A DNA stretch of 46,808 nucleotides, from assembly GCA_013335435.1 (NCBI GenBank), contig JAAXVP010000001.1:1-46808 (forward strand), read 5' to 3'. The position numbers and the translations under genes were made by a program. Numbering within the stretch: the first letter of the stretch is position 1; every line of letters starts with the position of its first letter. This DNA comes from Thiobacillus sp. (GTDB lineage: Bacteria; Pseudomonadota; Gammaproteobacteria; Burkholderiales; Thiobacillaceae). This document shows positions 1-9,628 of this stretch, in pieces. Below the pieces are notes generated by a model, which saw nothing but the letters and a program-made list of their open reading frames with translations, was not told the origin of the DNA and searched no databases.

Positions 1-2066
1 TCGTCGGCCAGCACGGTGAGCTGGCCGACCGACTCGGCGCTCTTGCGGGCGCCGTCGGAGGCCTGGCGGGTCTGTTCGAGGACGTGCTCCATGTTGCCGG
101 CGATGCGGTTGGCGATCTCGACCTGCTCGCGGGTGGCATCCGAGATGCTCTGGATCAGGCGCGCCAGTTCGGCCGACACCGACTCGATGTCTTGCAGGGC
201 GTGGCCGGCGTTGTCGGACAGCGCCGCGCCCTCGACCACGCCGCGGGTGCTGCCTTCCATGGCGTGGATGGTGTCCTGGGTATCGGTCTGGATGGTCTTG
301 ACGATGGCGCCGATCCGGCGGGTCGCCTGGCCGGAGCGTTCCGCCAGACGCTGCACTTCCTCGGCCACCACCGAGAAGCCGCGCCCGGCCTCGCCGGCGG
401 CGGCGGCCTGGATGGCGGCGTTGAGGGCCAGGACGTTGGTCTGCTCGGTAATGTCGCCGATCAGCTCGACGATCTCGCCGATCTCCTGGGACGATTCGCC
501 CAGGCGCTTGATCCGCTTGGAGGTCTCCTGGATCTGGTCGCGGATGGTGTTCATGCCGGCGATGGCCGCGCGTACCGAGTCGCCGCCCTTGCGGGCGAAG
601 TCGAGCGACTGCTCGGCCACGCGGGCGGAGTCGGCGGCGTTCGCCGCCACCCGGTTGACCGATTCCGTGATCACCTGCACCGAGCCGGTGGTCTGGCCGA
701 TCTCGTCGGCCTGGCGCTCGGCGGTGGCCAGCATCTGTTCCGACAGGTCCTTGGCATCATCGGTGGCCTGGGTCACCTGCTCGGCGGCCCGGTGGACGTT
801 CTCGACCAGGGTACGCAGTTCCTCGATGGCGAAGTTGACCGAGTCGGCAATGGCGCCGGTGATGTCCTCGGTCACGGTGGCGCGCACGGTCAGGTTGCCC
901 TCGGCCAGGTCGCCCATTTCGTTCAGCAGGCGCAGGATGGCCTCCTGGTTGCGCCGGTTCTCGCGCGCCGCCGCTTCCTGCTCGTGCGCGGCCTGCTCGG
1001 CGCGCTGGCGCGATTCCGCGACGTTGGTGAGGGCGAGCATGACCAGGCTGGCCAGGGCGGTCAGACCCATCGCCACGCCCAGGACCAGGTAGATCCAGCT
1101 CAGGTCGCTCTGGTAGCCCTTGGTCAGCTTGCCGGTCATGGCCAGGATCTGTTCGCTCTCGTCGAACAGTTCGCGGGCGGCGCGCTTGGCCTCGACCAGC
1201 TTGGGCATGTTCTTCAGGATCACGCCGACCTGTCCGGCGAAGGCGGTGTAGACCTCCTTCAGTTCGAGCAGCTTGTCGCGCGCGCCCGACTCGCCGACGG
1301 CGGCGATGCCCAGCTCGGCGTCGCCGTCGAGCATGCCGTTCAGCACGTCGCCGAAGGTCTTCACGTCCTGGCCGAGCTGGTAGGCGACCTCCGGGTTGAT
1401 GACGTCGCCCGACACCAGGGCGTTGGCGTTCTTGGCCATGCGCTGGGTCCACAGGGCCTGCTGGTGGGCGAAGGACAGCGCCTTGCCGCCCGGCAGCAGG
1501 GCGATGACCTGCTCGGTCAGGTCGAGCAGCTCGTTGTTGCGTACGTTGATCTGCTTGATCGACTGGGCCAGGGCCGCCAGCACGGCCTCCTGGCCGAGCA
1601 GCTTGTCGATATCCTTGGCCGAGGTCTGCCAGCGCTGCTTGACGCCGGCCAGGTCACCCGCGGACAGCACACCGACGCTGGCGTCGAGGTCGGCCATGCC
1701 TTTGGCGAAGGCATCCCGGCTCTCCTTCAACTGGACGAAAGCCTCCTTGTTGCCGAGGGCCGCCTGCTGGGCAGTCTTGGAATAGCGCTGCGAGAGCATC
1801 TGCAGCTGGGTGGATATCTCCACCCGGTCGCTCCGGTGGCCGACCTGGACCACGTAGAGCAGCATCAGGGCCGCCGTGAGCAGCACGGACAGGATCATGA
1901 CCACGACCAGGGTCTGGTAGCGGCGCTCCGCAGACATCCCCTTGAGCGGGCCCCATTGGCTGGGATCCAGGCCGGCCATGCGTTCCTGCCAGGCCGTCAG
2001 CTTGGCGCCCGCCGAGGCCACCACGTTCACGCGCGGTTTTTCCATCTCGTTTTTCATCTCCGTCAT
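1..2066 (-). CDS. pilJ: Type IV pilus methyl-accepting chemotaxis protein PilJ (3' end outside window)
   Basis: Not in the ORF track because it has no stop in the window. Manual translation from ATG 2066 gives an N-terminal [19 protein letters not shown], a second TM/HAMP region and the MCP signature [67 protein letters not shown]. Follows pilI. Alternative ATGs at 2057 and 2045. Confidence 0.93.
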   Translation of the reverse strand, partial: MTEMKNEMEKPRVNVVASAGAKLTAWQERMAGLDPSQWGPLKGMSAERRYQTLVVVMILSVLLTAALMLLYVVQVGHRSDRVEISTQLQMLSQRYSKTAQQAALGNKEAFVQLKESRDAFAKGMADLDASVGVLSAGDLAGVKQRWQTSAKDIDKLLGQEAVLAALAQSIKQINVRNNELLDLTEQVIALLPGGKALSFAHQQALWTQRMAKNANALVSGDVINPEVAYQLGQDVKTFGDVLNGMLDGDAELGIAAVGESGARDKLLELKEVYTAFAGQVGVILKNMPKLVEAKRAARELFDESEQILAMTGKLTKGYQSDLSWIYLVLGVAMGLTALASLVMLALTNVAESRQRAEQAAHEQEAAARENRRNQEAILRLLNEMGDLAEGNLTVRATVTEDITGAIADSVNFAIEELRTLVENVHRAAEQVTQATDDAKDLSEQMLATAERQADEIGQTTGSVQVITESVNRVAANAADSARVAEQSLDFARKGGDSVRAAIAGMNTIRDQIQETSKRIKRLGESSQEIGEIVELIGDITEQTNVLALNAAIQAAAAGEAGRGFSVVAEEVQRLAERSGQATRRIGAIVKTIQTDTQDTIHAMEGSTRGVVEGAALSDNAGHALQDIESVSAELARLIQSISDATREQVEIANRIAGNMEHVLEQTRQASDGARKSAESVGQLTVLAD

Positions 2067-2085
2067 GAGCCCGTATCGACCGCCA

Positions 2086-2595
2086 TCACGCCACCCGCAG
2101 GAAGCGTGGCTCGGCCAGCAATTGTTCCAGGTTGATCTCCGTCCATTCGACGCCGTCGCCGTCGATGTGCCGGGCCATTAGCCAGGGGGCATCGTCGGCC
2201 GTCCGTGCCGCATGCTCCATGCCGGCAGCGCTACGCAGGCCGAGGGCCTGGTCGATGCGGAAGGCGGCATGGGCGCCGAAACGCACGTTGGCCAGGAGCA
2301 GGCGAATCTCATCCGGCGTCTGGGCCGGCGCCATGGCCAGGAAAGCCGCCAGGTCGGTGCAGCCGTAGATGGTGCCGCGCACCCCGGCGACACCGAGGAA
2401 CCAGGGTTGAGTCCAGGGCGCCCGGGCCAGGCGGGTAACCGTCACCACCTCGCTGACCTGATCGAGGGCGACCAGCCAGTGCCGGCCGCCGGCCAGGAAG
2501 CCCAGCTTGGCGGCGGCGCCGTCCTGCTCGGCCGAGCCTTTCAGGCGCTCGGCCAGGCGGGCCTGGAATTCGCGCAGGTTGAGACGTTCTTCCAT
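2086..2595 (-). CDS. pilI: CheW-like adaptor PilI
   Basis: [13 protein letters not shown]-terminus, [15 protein letters not shown] CheW motif, position between pilH and pilJ. Confidence 0.9.
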   Translation of the reverse strand: MEERLNLREFQARLAERLKGSAEQDGAAAKLGFLAGGRHWLVALDQVSEVVTVTRLARAPWTQPWFLGVAGVRGTIYGCTDLAAFLAMAPAQTPDEIRLLLANVRFGAHAAFRIDQALGLRSAAGMEHAARTADDAPWLMARHIDGDGVEWTEINLEQLLAEPRFLRVA

Positions 2596-2960
2596 CAGTT
2601 CAGGTGTTCAATCTTGTCGAGCAGGTCTTCCGCCACGATCGGCTTGACCAGGTAGGCCACGGCGCCCTGGCGCATGCCCCAGACGCGGTCGGTCTCCTGG
2701 CCCTTGGAGGTGCACATGATGACCGGGATGTCCTTGGTGTCGGCATCGCGCGACAGCGTGCGGGTGACCTGGAAACCGTTCACGCCCGGCATCACCACAT
2801 CCATCAGGATCAGGTCCGGACGCACCGCCTTGGCCTTGGCGATGCCATCCTCGCCGTTTTCCGCCGTCTCGGTATCGAAACCATGCCGGCGCAGGATATC
2901 GACCAGGTGATAGCGCTCCGTCGGCGAGTCGTCCACCACCAGCACTTTCTTGATCGGCAT
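2595..2960 (-). CDS. pilH: Single-domain response regulator PilH
   Basis: MPIKKVLVVDDSPTE...PDLILMDVVMPGVNGFQVTR...KGQETDRVWG. Start trimmed to ATG 2960 within the longer track ORF. Confidence 0.93.
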   Translation of the reverse strand: MPIKKVLVVDDSPTERYHLVDILRRHGFDTETAENGEDGIAKAKAVRPDLILMDVVMPGVNGFQVTRTLSRDADTKDIPVIMCTSKGQETDRVWGMRQGAVAYLVKPIVAEDLLDKIEHLN

Positions 2961-2971
2961 TCGGTCCACTC

Positions 2972-3364
2972 CTAGTTGTCCGCCGCGGCGCCGCCGTGGT
3001 GACGCCCCACCGCCGCCAGCAGGGCATCCTTGGAAAACGGTTTGGTCAGATATTCGTCGGAACCGACCAGGCGACCGCGGGCGCGGTCGAACAGGCCGTC
3101 CTTGGACGACAGCATGATCACCGGCGTCTCCCGGTAACGGCTGTTCTTCTTGATCAGGGCACAGGTCTGGTAACCGTCCAGCCTGGGCATCATGATGTCG
3201 CAAAAGACCACGTCGGGATGCAGGTCGGCGATCTTGGCCAGGGCGTCGAAGCCGTCCTCGGCCAGGATCACCTCGCAACCGGCCTGCTGCAGGAAGATCT
3301 CGGCGCTGCGCCGGATGGTGTTGCTGTCGTCGATCACCATCACACGGGTACCTTTAAGGTCCAT
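2972..3364 (-). CDS. pilG: Single-domain response regulator PilG
   Basis: VMVIDDSNTIRRSAEIFL...DIMMPRLDGYQTCALIK...MLSSKDGLFDRARGR, typical PilG. Start ATG 3364. Confidence 0.95.
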   Translation of the reverse strand: MDLKGTRVMVIDDSNTIRRSAEIFLQQAGCEVILAEDGFDALAKIADLHPDVVFCDIMMPRLDGYQTCALIKKNSRYRETPVIMLSSKDGLFDRARGRLVGSDEYLTKPFSKDALLAAVGRHHGGAAADN

Positions 3365-3368
3365 CGAC

Positions 3369-4553
3369 TCAGCCCCCCTTCTCGATCGGATAGCCGGCGG
3401 CCTTCCAGGCCGGCAGGCCGGTGCGGTACCAGTAGACCTTGGTATAGCCGCGTTTGACCATGTAGCGTGCCGCCTTGTAGCTGTACCAGCACTCGGCACC
3501 GTTGCACTGGAAGATCATCGGGGCGTTCTTGTCCTGGGGCAGCTTGGCCAGATCGAACTTGTCCACCGAGTCGTCGTAGTCAGGCTCCTTGGGACTGTTG
3601 AGCTGGTAGGGCACATGCTTGGCGCCTTTGATGTGCCCCTCGCGGTAATGGCTGTCCGGGCGCACGTCGAACAGCGGCACGCCCTGGGCCATCAGCTTCT
3701 TCACCTGCTCCGCGCTGACGATGGCCGCCCCCGGCAACACCTCGGGGGTGTAGAAGCCGCGTGTGGAAACCCGCTCGAAATCGGCGCTGCTGGCCGGATC
3801 GAAGGCGCCCATGCCGATCTTCGCCAGGCGTTTCGTGATATCCGGCTCCAGCTTGACGAAGCCCTGGCCGACCTTGTCGCGCAGAGCCTCGTCCAGCTTG
3901 CCGCTGACCACCACACCGGCCAGCGGGACCGGCTCGTAGGCCTTGATGACCAGCGCTCCGGGATGCTTGACCAGCCAGTCCTTGGCGGAGTCCTCCTTCA
4001 TGGCGGCGACCTCGGCCTGGCCGATCTCGAGGGCATACTCCACGGCACCGTAGCGGTTGACGTTGGTGACCTGGCCGAAATAGCGGCCGACGGATAGCCC
4101 CTGGGCATTGAGCTCGCCCTTGACGGTGTAGCTGACCAGGGATTCCGGATGCGGCAGCACCACATTGCGGCCTTTGGCCTGCTCGAAGCTGCGGATGCCG
4201 CTGGCCTTGTCGGCCACCAGGACAACCCGAACCTCGGCCTCGGAGCGCGCCACCGGCGCATAGCCATGGCGCATGGCCAGGCCGACGATCTGGGACGGCG
4301 CCAGGAGGATGTCGAAGGAACCCTGGCGGACCTGCTCGCCGACGCGCTCGGCGTTCTGGGTCATGACCAGCCGTACCGGCTGGCCGAGCGCCTTGCCGAT
4401 GCGCGCGGCAAGATCGTTGAAAACGCTCTGGGTAGCCACGTGGTCGCGATCCTGGTCATAATCCAGGGTCACGTTCATGACCAGCACCGCCCAGGCGCTC
4501 TGGGACAGGCCGATCAGTGCGACCCCGACCAGCAGCAACCAACGTTTTACCAT
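3369..4553 (-). CDS. Secreted PhnD/SsuA-type periplasmic binding protein fused to a C-terminal rhodanese domain
   Basis: Sec signal (..SQSAWA), PBP2-like N-domain (LGQPVRLV..FDILLAP..LVADKASGIRSFEQAKGRNVVLP), rhodanese domain (LFDVRPDSHYREGHIKGA; QCNGAECWYS; YWYRTGLPAW). Confidence 0.8.
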   Translation of the reverse strand: MVKRWLLLVGVALIGLSQSAWAVLVMNVTLDYDQDRDHVATQSVFNDLAARIGKALGQPVRLVMTQNAERVGEQVRQGSFDILLAPSQIVGLAMRHGYAPVARSEAEVRVVLVADKASGIRSFEQAKGRNVVLPHPESLVSYTVKGELNAQGLSVGRYFGQVTNVNRYGAVEYALEIGQAEVAAMKEDSAKDWLVKHPGALVIKAYEPVPLAGVVVSGKLDEALRDKVGQGFVKLEPDITKRLAKIGMGAFDPASSADFERVSTRGFYTPEVLPGAAIVSAEQVKKLMAQGVPLFDVRPDSHYREGHIKGAKHVPYQLNSPKEPDYDDSVDKFDLAKLPQDKNAPMIFQCNGAECWYSYKAARYMVKRGYTKVYWYRTGLPAWKAAGYPIEKGG

Positions 4554-4653
4554 CGATGCTCCTCCATCCCGCCATTTCCGGCCGGGGGCACGTTGCCCCG
4601 TATCCGCATGTGGGATAATTACTCATACCGATTTGTACCATAAGCCTCAAGCC

Positions 4654-5475
4654 ATGTCTCCACAACTGCCCACCGTTCTCAGCTTCGCGGCCACCGATCC
4701 GACCGGAGGCGCCGGCTCGCAGGCCGACCTGCTGACCATCATCAGCCTGGGCTGTCATCCGCTCACCGTGATCACCGCCGTGACCGTGCAGGACACCGTC
4801 GGGGTCGACGACTTCCTGGCCCTCGACGCCGCCTGGATCGTCGACCAGGCGCGCGGCGTCCTCGAGGACGTGCCGGTGGCCGCCTTCAAGCTCGGCATGC
4901 TGGGCAGCGTCGAGGCGGTGGCGGCGATCGCCGAGATCGTCTCCGATTATCCGGACATCCCGCTCATCCTCGACCCCGTGCTGGCCTCCGGACGGGGCGA
5001 CGAACTGGCCAACGAGGACCTGATCGCCGCCATGCAGGACCTGCTCCTGCCCCAGACCACCCTGATCACCCCGAACAGCATGGAGGCGCGCCGCCTGGCC
5101 GAGGACGAGTCCGACGAGAGCGACCCCGACCTGGAGGAATGCGCCGCCCGACTGATCGACCTGGGCTGCGAATACGTCCTGATCACGGGCTCGCACGAGC
5201 AGACCACCAAGGTGGTCAACAACCTGTACGGCCTGGAAGGTCTCATCCAGTCCCTGGAATGGGACCGCCTGCCGGGCGGCTATCACGGTTCCGGCTGCAC
5301 CCTGGCCTCGGCCGCCGCGGCCCTGCTGGCCCAGGGCCTGAGCATCACCGACGCGGTGAAGTCGGCCCAGGAATACACCTGGGAGGCCCTGCGCAACGGC
5401 TACCGCATCGGCATGGGCCAACACATCCCCGACCGCCTGTTCTGGGCGCGCGACGAGGCCGATGACAAGGCTTGA
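4654..5475 (+). CDS. thiD: Hydroxymethylpyrimidine/phosphomethylpyrimidine kinase family protein
   Basis: VLSFAATDPTGGAG, AVTVQDT, FKLGMLG, LDPVLASG, ITPN, YHGSGCTLAS. Start trimmed to ATG 4654. Confidence 0.88.
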   Translation: MSPQLPTVLSFAATDPTGGAGSQADLLTIISLGCHPLTVITAVTVQDTVGVDDFLALDAAWIVDQARGVLEDVPVAAFKLGMLGSVEAVAAIAEIVSDYPDIPLILDPVLASGRGDELANEDLIAAMQDLLLPQTTLITPNSMEARRLAEDESDESDPDLEECAARLIDLGCEYVLITGSHEQTTKVVNNLYGLEGLIQSLEWDRLPGGYHGSGCTLASAAAALLAQGLSITDAVKSAQEYTWEALRNGYRIGMGQHIPDRLFWARDEADDKA

Positions 5476-6082
5476 GGGGCTATACGCCATCACTCCGGAC
5501 TGGGGCGACACGGCTCGCCTGATCGAGGTCACCGGGGCCATCCTGCGCGGCGGCTGCCGTGTCCTGCAATACCGCAACAAGGCCACGACGTCCTGCCACC
5601 GCGACGAGCAGGCGGTGGCCCTGCGCGGCCTGACCCGGCGTTACGGCGCCCTGTTGATCGTCAACGACGATATCGACCTGGCCCTGGCCTGCGAGGCGGA
5701 CGGCGTCCACCTGGGCGGCGAGGACGGCGACCTGGCTGCGGCCCGCAAGCGCCTCGGCCCGGACCGACTGCTCGGCGCCTCCTGCTACCAGAGCCTGGAT
5801 CTGGCCGAAGCGGCCGCCCACGCCGGGGTCGACTACATCGCCTTCGGCAGCTTCTACGCCTCGCCCACCAAGCCCTTGGCCAAGCGCGCCGACCCGAGCC
5901 TGATCGGCGCCGCCAAGGCCCGCCTGGGACTGCCCGTGTGCGGCATCGGCGGCATCGACCTGAGCAACGCCGCGCCCCTGGTGGCGGCCGGCGCCGACCT
6001 GCTGGCGGTGATCTCGGCCGTATACAATAGCGCCGATCCGGAACGTGCCAGCCGCGACTTCATGCAACTTTTCGAGACTTAA
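5462..6082 (+). CDS. thiE: Thiamine-phosphate synthase
   Basis: [47 protein letters not shown] motifs. Confidence 0.93.
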   Translation: MTRLEGLYAITPDWGDTARLIEVTGAILRGGCRVLQYRNKATTSCHRDEQAVALRGLTRRYGALLIVNDDIDLALACEADGVHLGGEDGDLAAARKRLGPDRLLGASCYQSLDLAEAAAHAGVDYIAFGSFYASPTKPLAKRADPSLIGAAKARLGLPVCGIGGIDLSNAAPLVAAGADLLAVISAVYNSADPERASRDFMQLFET

Positions 6083-7374
6083 TGCCCATGACCTCCCGCA
6101 ACGACCAGCTGTTCGAGCAATCCCAGAAACTCATCCCCGGCGGCGTCAACTCGCCGGTGCGCGCCTTCCGCTCGGTGGGCGGCACGCCGCGCTTCTTCGA
6201 GCGCGGCATGGGCAGCCGGGTCTGGGACGCCGACGGCAAGGAATACCTCGACTACGTCGGCTCCTGGGGCCCGCTGATCCTCGGCCACGCCCATCCTGAC
6301 GCGGTACGCGCCGTCCAGGAAACCGCCGCCCTGGGCCTCTCGTTCGGCGCCCCGACCGCGCGCGAGCTGGAGATGGCCGAGTTCCTGACCTCGTGGCTGC
6401 CCGGCATGGACCAGGTGCGCCTGGTCTCCTCCGGCACCGAGGCGACCATGAGCGCCATCCGCCTGGCCCGCGGCCACACCGGCCGCGACCTGATGATCAA
6501 GTTCGAGGGCTGCTACCACGGCCATGCCGACAGCCTGCTGGTCAAGGCCGGCTCCGGCCTGCTCACCTTCGGCTCGCCCAGCTCGGCCGGGGTGCCCGCC
6601 GACACCTCCAAGCACACCCTGGTGCTGGACTACAACGACATCGACCAGGTCAACCGGGTGTTCGCCGAGCGCGGCGGCGAGATCGCCTGCGTCATCGTCG
6701 AGCCGGTGGCCGGCAACATGAACCTGATCAAGCCCCTGCCCGGCTTCCTGGAATGCCTGCGGGAGAACTGCACCAAGCACGGCGCGGTGCTGATCCTGGA
6801 CGAGGTGATGACCGGCTTCCGGGTCGGACCCAAGTGCGCGCAAGGTCTCTACGGCATCGTCCCGGACCTGACCACCCTGGGCAAGGTGATCGGCGGCGGC
6901 ATGCCGGTCGGCGCCTTCGGCGGCAAGGCCGAGATCATGGCCAAGCTGGCCCCGACCGGCCCGGTCTACCAGGCCGGCACCCTGTCCGGCAACCCGGTCG
7001 CCGTGGCGGCCGGCCTGGTCACCGTGAAGAAGGTCACCCAGCCCGGCTTCTTCGATGTCCTGGGCGCCCGGACCCAGCGCCTGGTCGACGGCCTGGTGGC
7101 CGCCGCCAAGGACGCCGGCGTGGTGTTCTCGGCCCAGTCGGTGGGCGGCATGTTCGGGGTCTATTTCAGCGCCCGGTGCCCGACCTCCTACGCCGAGGTG
7201 ATGGCCTGCGACAAGGAGGCCTTCAACCGCTTCTTCCACCTGATGTTGCTGGAAGGCGTCTACCTGGCCCCGTCGGCCTTCGAGGCCGGCTTCGTGTCGG
7301 CCGCCCACAGCGACGCCGACATCGACGCCACCATCGCGGCAGCGGCCAAGGCCTTCGCCAAACTGGCGCCATGA
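6082..7374 (+). CDS. hemL: Glutamate-1-semialdehyde 2,1-aminomutase
   Basis: [60 protein letters not shown]. Start may be 6088. Confidence 0.97.
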   Translation: MPMTSRNDQLFEQSQKLIPGGVNSPVRAFRSVGGTPRFFERGMGSRVWDADGKEYLDYVGSWGPLILGHAHPDAVRAVQETAALGLSFGAPTARELEMAEFLTSWLPGMDQVRLVSSGTEATMSAIRLARGHTGRDLMIKFEGCYHGHADSLLVKAGSGLLTFGSPSSAGVPADTSKHTLVLDYNDIDQVNRVFAERGGEIACVIVEPVAGNMNLIKPLPGFLECLRENCTKHGAVLILDEVMTGFRVGPKCAQGLYGIVPDLTTLGKVIGGGMPVGAFGGKAEIMAKLAPTGPVYQAGTLSGNPVAVAAGLVTVKKVTQPGFFDVLGARTQRLVDGLVAAAKDAGVVFSAQSVGGMFGVYFSARCPTSYAEVMACDKEAFNRFFHLMLLEGVYLAPSAFEAGFVSAAHSDADIDATIAAAAKAFAKLAP

Positions 7375-8279
7375 ATGAGGAACTGAGCCAGGAGGACCAG
7401 TTCCGGCTCAACGTCCTGCTCGCCCAGGACGTCAAGGCGATACGTCTCGACGAGTCCAACCTGGTCCTGCATGCCCTGCTCGGCAACGGCGAGGAGGCCT
7501 CGCTGCCCCTGCACCCGGACTGCCGAGCGGACAAGTACCTGCGCCTGGTGCGCGAGGCCCTCTCGGGTCATGCGCTCGGCTCCCCGGGCGGCTACCCGGT
7601 CTATCTGTCGCGCTGGACCCGGCATGGCCAGATGGAGAGCGGCAACCTGGGCCAACTGCTGATGATCGGCGAACCCGAGGCGGTGGTCGCGGTGGTGCAC
7701 TCGCCCGCCCTGACCGATCGATTGGCCGGTTACGCCTGGTGGGCCATGCCGACCATCGAGCATGCCCGCCTGATGCTGATGCGCGAGGCCGTCGCCAAGG
7801 GCGACATGGGGCCGGTACTGACCGACTTCCTGGTCGAACACCTGCCCTTCCTGCAGGAAGACCACCTGGCCATCATGGAGACGGTGGCCGTACTGCTCTA
7901 CGCCGGCACCCTCTCCGGCGAGCAGCGGGAAACCATCTGGCGCCGCGGCAAGCGCCAGAACAGTTACTACGTGGCCTTCCTGGAGATGTGCCCGGACACC
8001 CTGCCGGGAACGCCGGACCGTGCCTTCACCGAGGCCTGCATCGAGATCCTGTCCCGGCCGGACACCCAGGAGGTGGTCAGCCGCACCCTGAACGCGATCG
8101 GCCATTATTTTTCCAGCCACCCCGGCGCCGAAACCGAGGCACGGAGCCGGCTCGGCCGTGTCGACGCCAGCCTGGCCGACCCGGTATTCAGTCGCAGCAC
8201 GGCGATCCGCTCCCTCATGCGACGCAAGCTGGAGCCGGTCATCGAGCCCATCCTGGCCGACCTGCGTCGGCTGCTCTGA
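7371..8279 (+). CDS. dsrS: DsrS-like protein (dissimilatory sulfur oxidation accessory protein)
   Basis: ATG 7371 overlaps the hemL stop (ATGA). [60 protein letters not shown] matches DsrS as I recall it. Confidence 0.8.
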   Translation: MNEELSQEDQFRLNVLLAQDVKAIRLDESNLVLHALLGNGEEASLPLHPDCRADKYLRLVREALSGHALGSPGGYPVYLSRWTRHGQMESGNLGQLLMIGEPEAVVAVVHSPALTDRLAGYAWWAMPTIEHARLMLMREAVAKGDMGPVLTDFLVEHLPFLQEDHLAIMETVAVLLYAGTLSGEQRETIWRRGKRQNSYYVAFLEMCPDTLPGTPDRAFTEACIEILSRPDTQEVVSRTLNAIGHYFSSHPGAETEARSRLGRVDASLADPVFSRSTAIRSLMRRKLEPVIEPILADLRRLL

Positions 8280-8288
8280 TTCAGCAAT

Positions 8289-8316
8289 AAAAAAGGCACG
8301 CCAAGCGTGCCTTTTT
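8289..8316. terminator. Bidirectional intrinsic terminator
   Basis: AAAAAAGGCACG-CCAAG-CGTGCCTTTTT between convergent dsrS and the Met-rich gene. Confidence 0.85.
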
Positions 8317-8332
8317 CGGATCGGTCCTGTGC

Positions 8333-8878
8333 CTACTTGGCGGCAGGCACCGGCTGCGGGGCGAACATGTTCATCCACATCATGGGGTCGAACGGCATCG
8401 CTGCCGGTGCCTGAGCCGGCACCGGTGCCGGCATCATCTGTTGCGGCATGAAGGGCATGAACGAAGGCGCAGCGGGTGCCGGGGCAGCCTGCTGGAACGG
8501 CATGGGCATGCCCATGAAGCCCGATTGCATGCCCGAGAAGGGCCCCCCCATGTACGGGTTGGTCATCATCTGGGGTGCCTGGTGTCCGAAGCTCAGCAGG
8601 TTGGGCGCCATCTGCATGGCCCCCATCCCCATCATCGGTGCCGCCATGCCCAGGGGGTTCATCATGCCGCCCATGCCACCCATGCCCATCGGGTTCATCA
8701 TCCCCATGCCCATGGGCGCCGCCATCATGGTCATCGGCACCATCATGGTCATGGGATTCATCATGCCCATCGGGTTCATCATGCCGCCCATGCCCATCGG
8801 GTTCATCATGCTCTCGAATCCGGCCATGGCCGGGCTGGCGACCAGCGCCAGGACCAGCGCGATCTTGCGCAATTTCAT
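8333..8878 (-). CDS. Secreted Met/Gly/Pro-rich low-complexity protein (181 aa)
   Basis: GAGG SD, then MKLRKIALVLALVASPAMA signal peptide. The mature 162 aa has about 46 Met and five MMNP repeats. Start trimmed from track ORF 8333..9214. Confidence 0.85.
   Translation of the reverse strand: MKLRKIALVLALVASPAMAGFESMMNPMGMGGMMNPMGMMNPMTMMVPMTMMAAPMGMGMMNPMGMGGMGGMMNPLGMAAPMMGMGAMQMAPNLLSFGHQAPQMMTNPYMGGPFSGMQSGFMGMPMPFQQAAPAPAAPSFMPFMPQQMMPAPVPAQAPAAMPFDPMMWMNMFAPQPVPAAK
8681..8809. repeat. Three exact 21-nt coding repeats (CATGCCCATCGGGTTCATCAT, encoding MMNPMGM on the minus strand)
   Basis: Copies at 8681-8701, 8762-8782 and 8789-8809. Confidence 0.85.
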
Positions 8879-8901
8879 CGTATTTCCTCGGGTGTACTCG
8901 G

Positions 8902-9597
8902 TTACAGGTCGCCGTTGGCGGCGGCCTTCATGATGTTGTCCATCTTGTCGCGGATGTCGGCGGCGGACTTCATGAGGGCGTCCGGGGCGCCCATCCGGCC
9001 AGAGATGGAATCGATCCAGGCGGTATCCCAATCCAGGGTCATCACCCAGATGTTCTTGTCGGCGTCTTCCATGACGCCGATCCGGCAGGGCAGGAAGATC
9101 AGCGACTCGGGCGCGTACTTGAGCACTTCGCGGCCGGCTGCGATGTCGCAGTAATGGAACACCTCCATGCGTGGGGCGGTGGTGTCGCCGAGCACGGCCT
9201 GGATGTCCTTCCACATCGGCGAGTGGCCGACCAGCTTGAAGTTGAGGCTGTTGGCGCGCAGCTTCATGGACTCGACCACATCGTCGAAGGACAGGCCCGC
9301 CTTGGCCTTGTACTTGGTGGCCATCATGTTCATGACGTCCTTGACGTCCATGCGGGTGGCCATGCTCATCATCGGGATCATCTGCTTCATCATCTTCGCC
9401 TTCTCTTCAGGCGAAATGATGCGCGACATTTCATAGGGCCGCATGCCACGCCCGCTCGGCGTGATCGGCCAGACCATGGGACCGGTGGAGACCGGCACGT
9501 TGGCCAGGTAGGGATTGCTCGCGACCGGTGCGGGGTCGGCGGCAAACGTGGGGATGGCCAGGGACAACGCAGACAACAGGGTGACAACTCGTTTCAT
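8902..9597 (-). CDS. Secreted DUF302-family protein with Met-rich N-terminal extension
   Basis: Signal peptide MKRVVTLLSALSLAIPTFA. SFDDVVESMKLRAN..FHYCD..FLPCRIGVMED resembles DUF302. Start 9597 (AGGAAGAG upstream) or 9612. Confidence 0.75.
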   Translation of the reverse strand: MKRVVTLLSALSLAIPTFAADPAPVASNPYLANVPVSTGPMVWPITPSGRGMRPYEMSRIISPEEKAKMMKQMIPMMSMATRMDVKDVMNMMATKYKAKAGLSFDDVVESMKLRANSLNFKLVGHSPMWKDIQAVLGDTTAPRMEVFHYCDIAAGREVLKYAPESLIFLPCRIGVMEDADKNIWVMTLDWDTAWIDSISGRMGAPDALMKSAADIRDKMDNIMKAAANGDL

Positions 9598-9628
9598 CAG
9601 TCTCTTCCTCATTATGTTTCGATGACTA

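Noticed and set aside
16-2135. Long plus-strand ORFs (358 and 683 aa)
   Set aside because: Antisense shadows of pilJ, expected in high-GC coding DNA; no recognisable motifs.
8123-8135. GCGCCGAAACC in dsrS (similar 10-mer near 2273) resembling the repeat end
   Set aside because: Only 10-11 nt, no hairpin or downstream blocks; compatible with chance in GC-rich sequence.
6393-8279. 628-aa ORF suggesting a long fusion protein
   Set aside because: The first 326 codons are an off-frame overlap of hemL; the credible gene starts at ATG 7371.
8650-8810. Repeats considered as a CRISPR array
   Set aside because: In-frame coding repeats with irregular short spacing, no unique spacers and no cas genes.
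8448-8933. Plus-strand Met/Ile/Pro-rich ORF
   Set aside because: Mirror of the CAT/ATG repeats; the minus-strand ORF has the SD, signal peptide and operon context.
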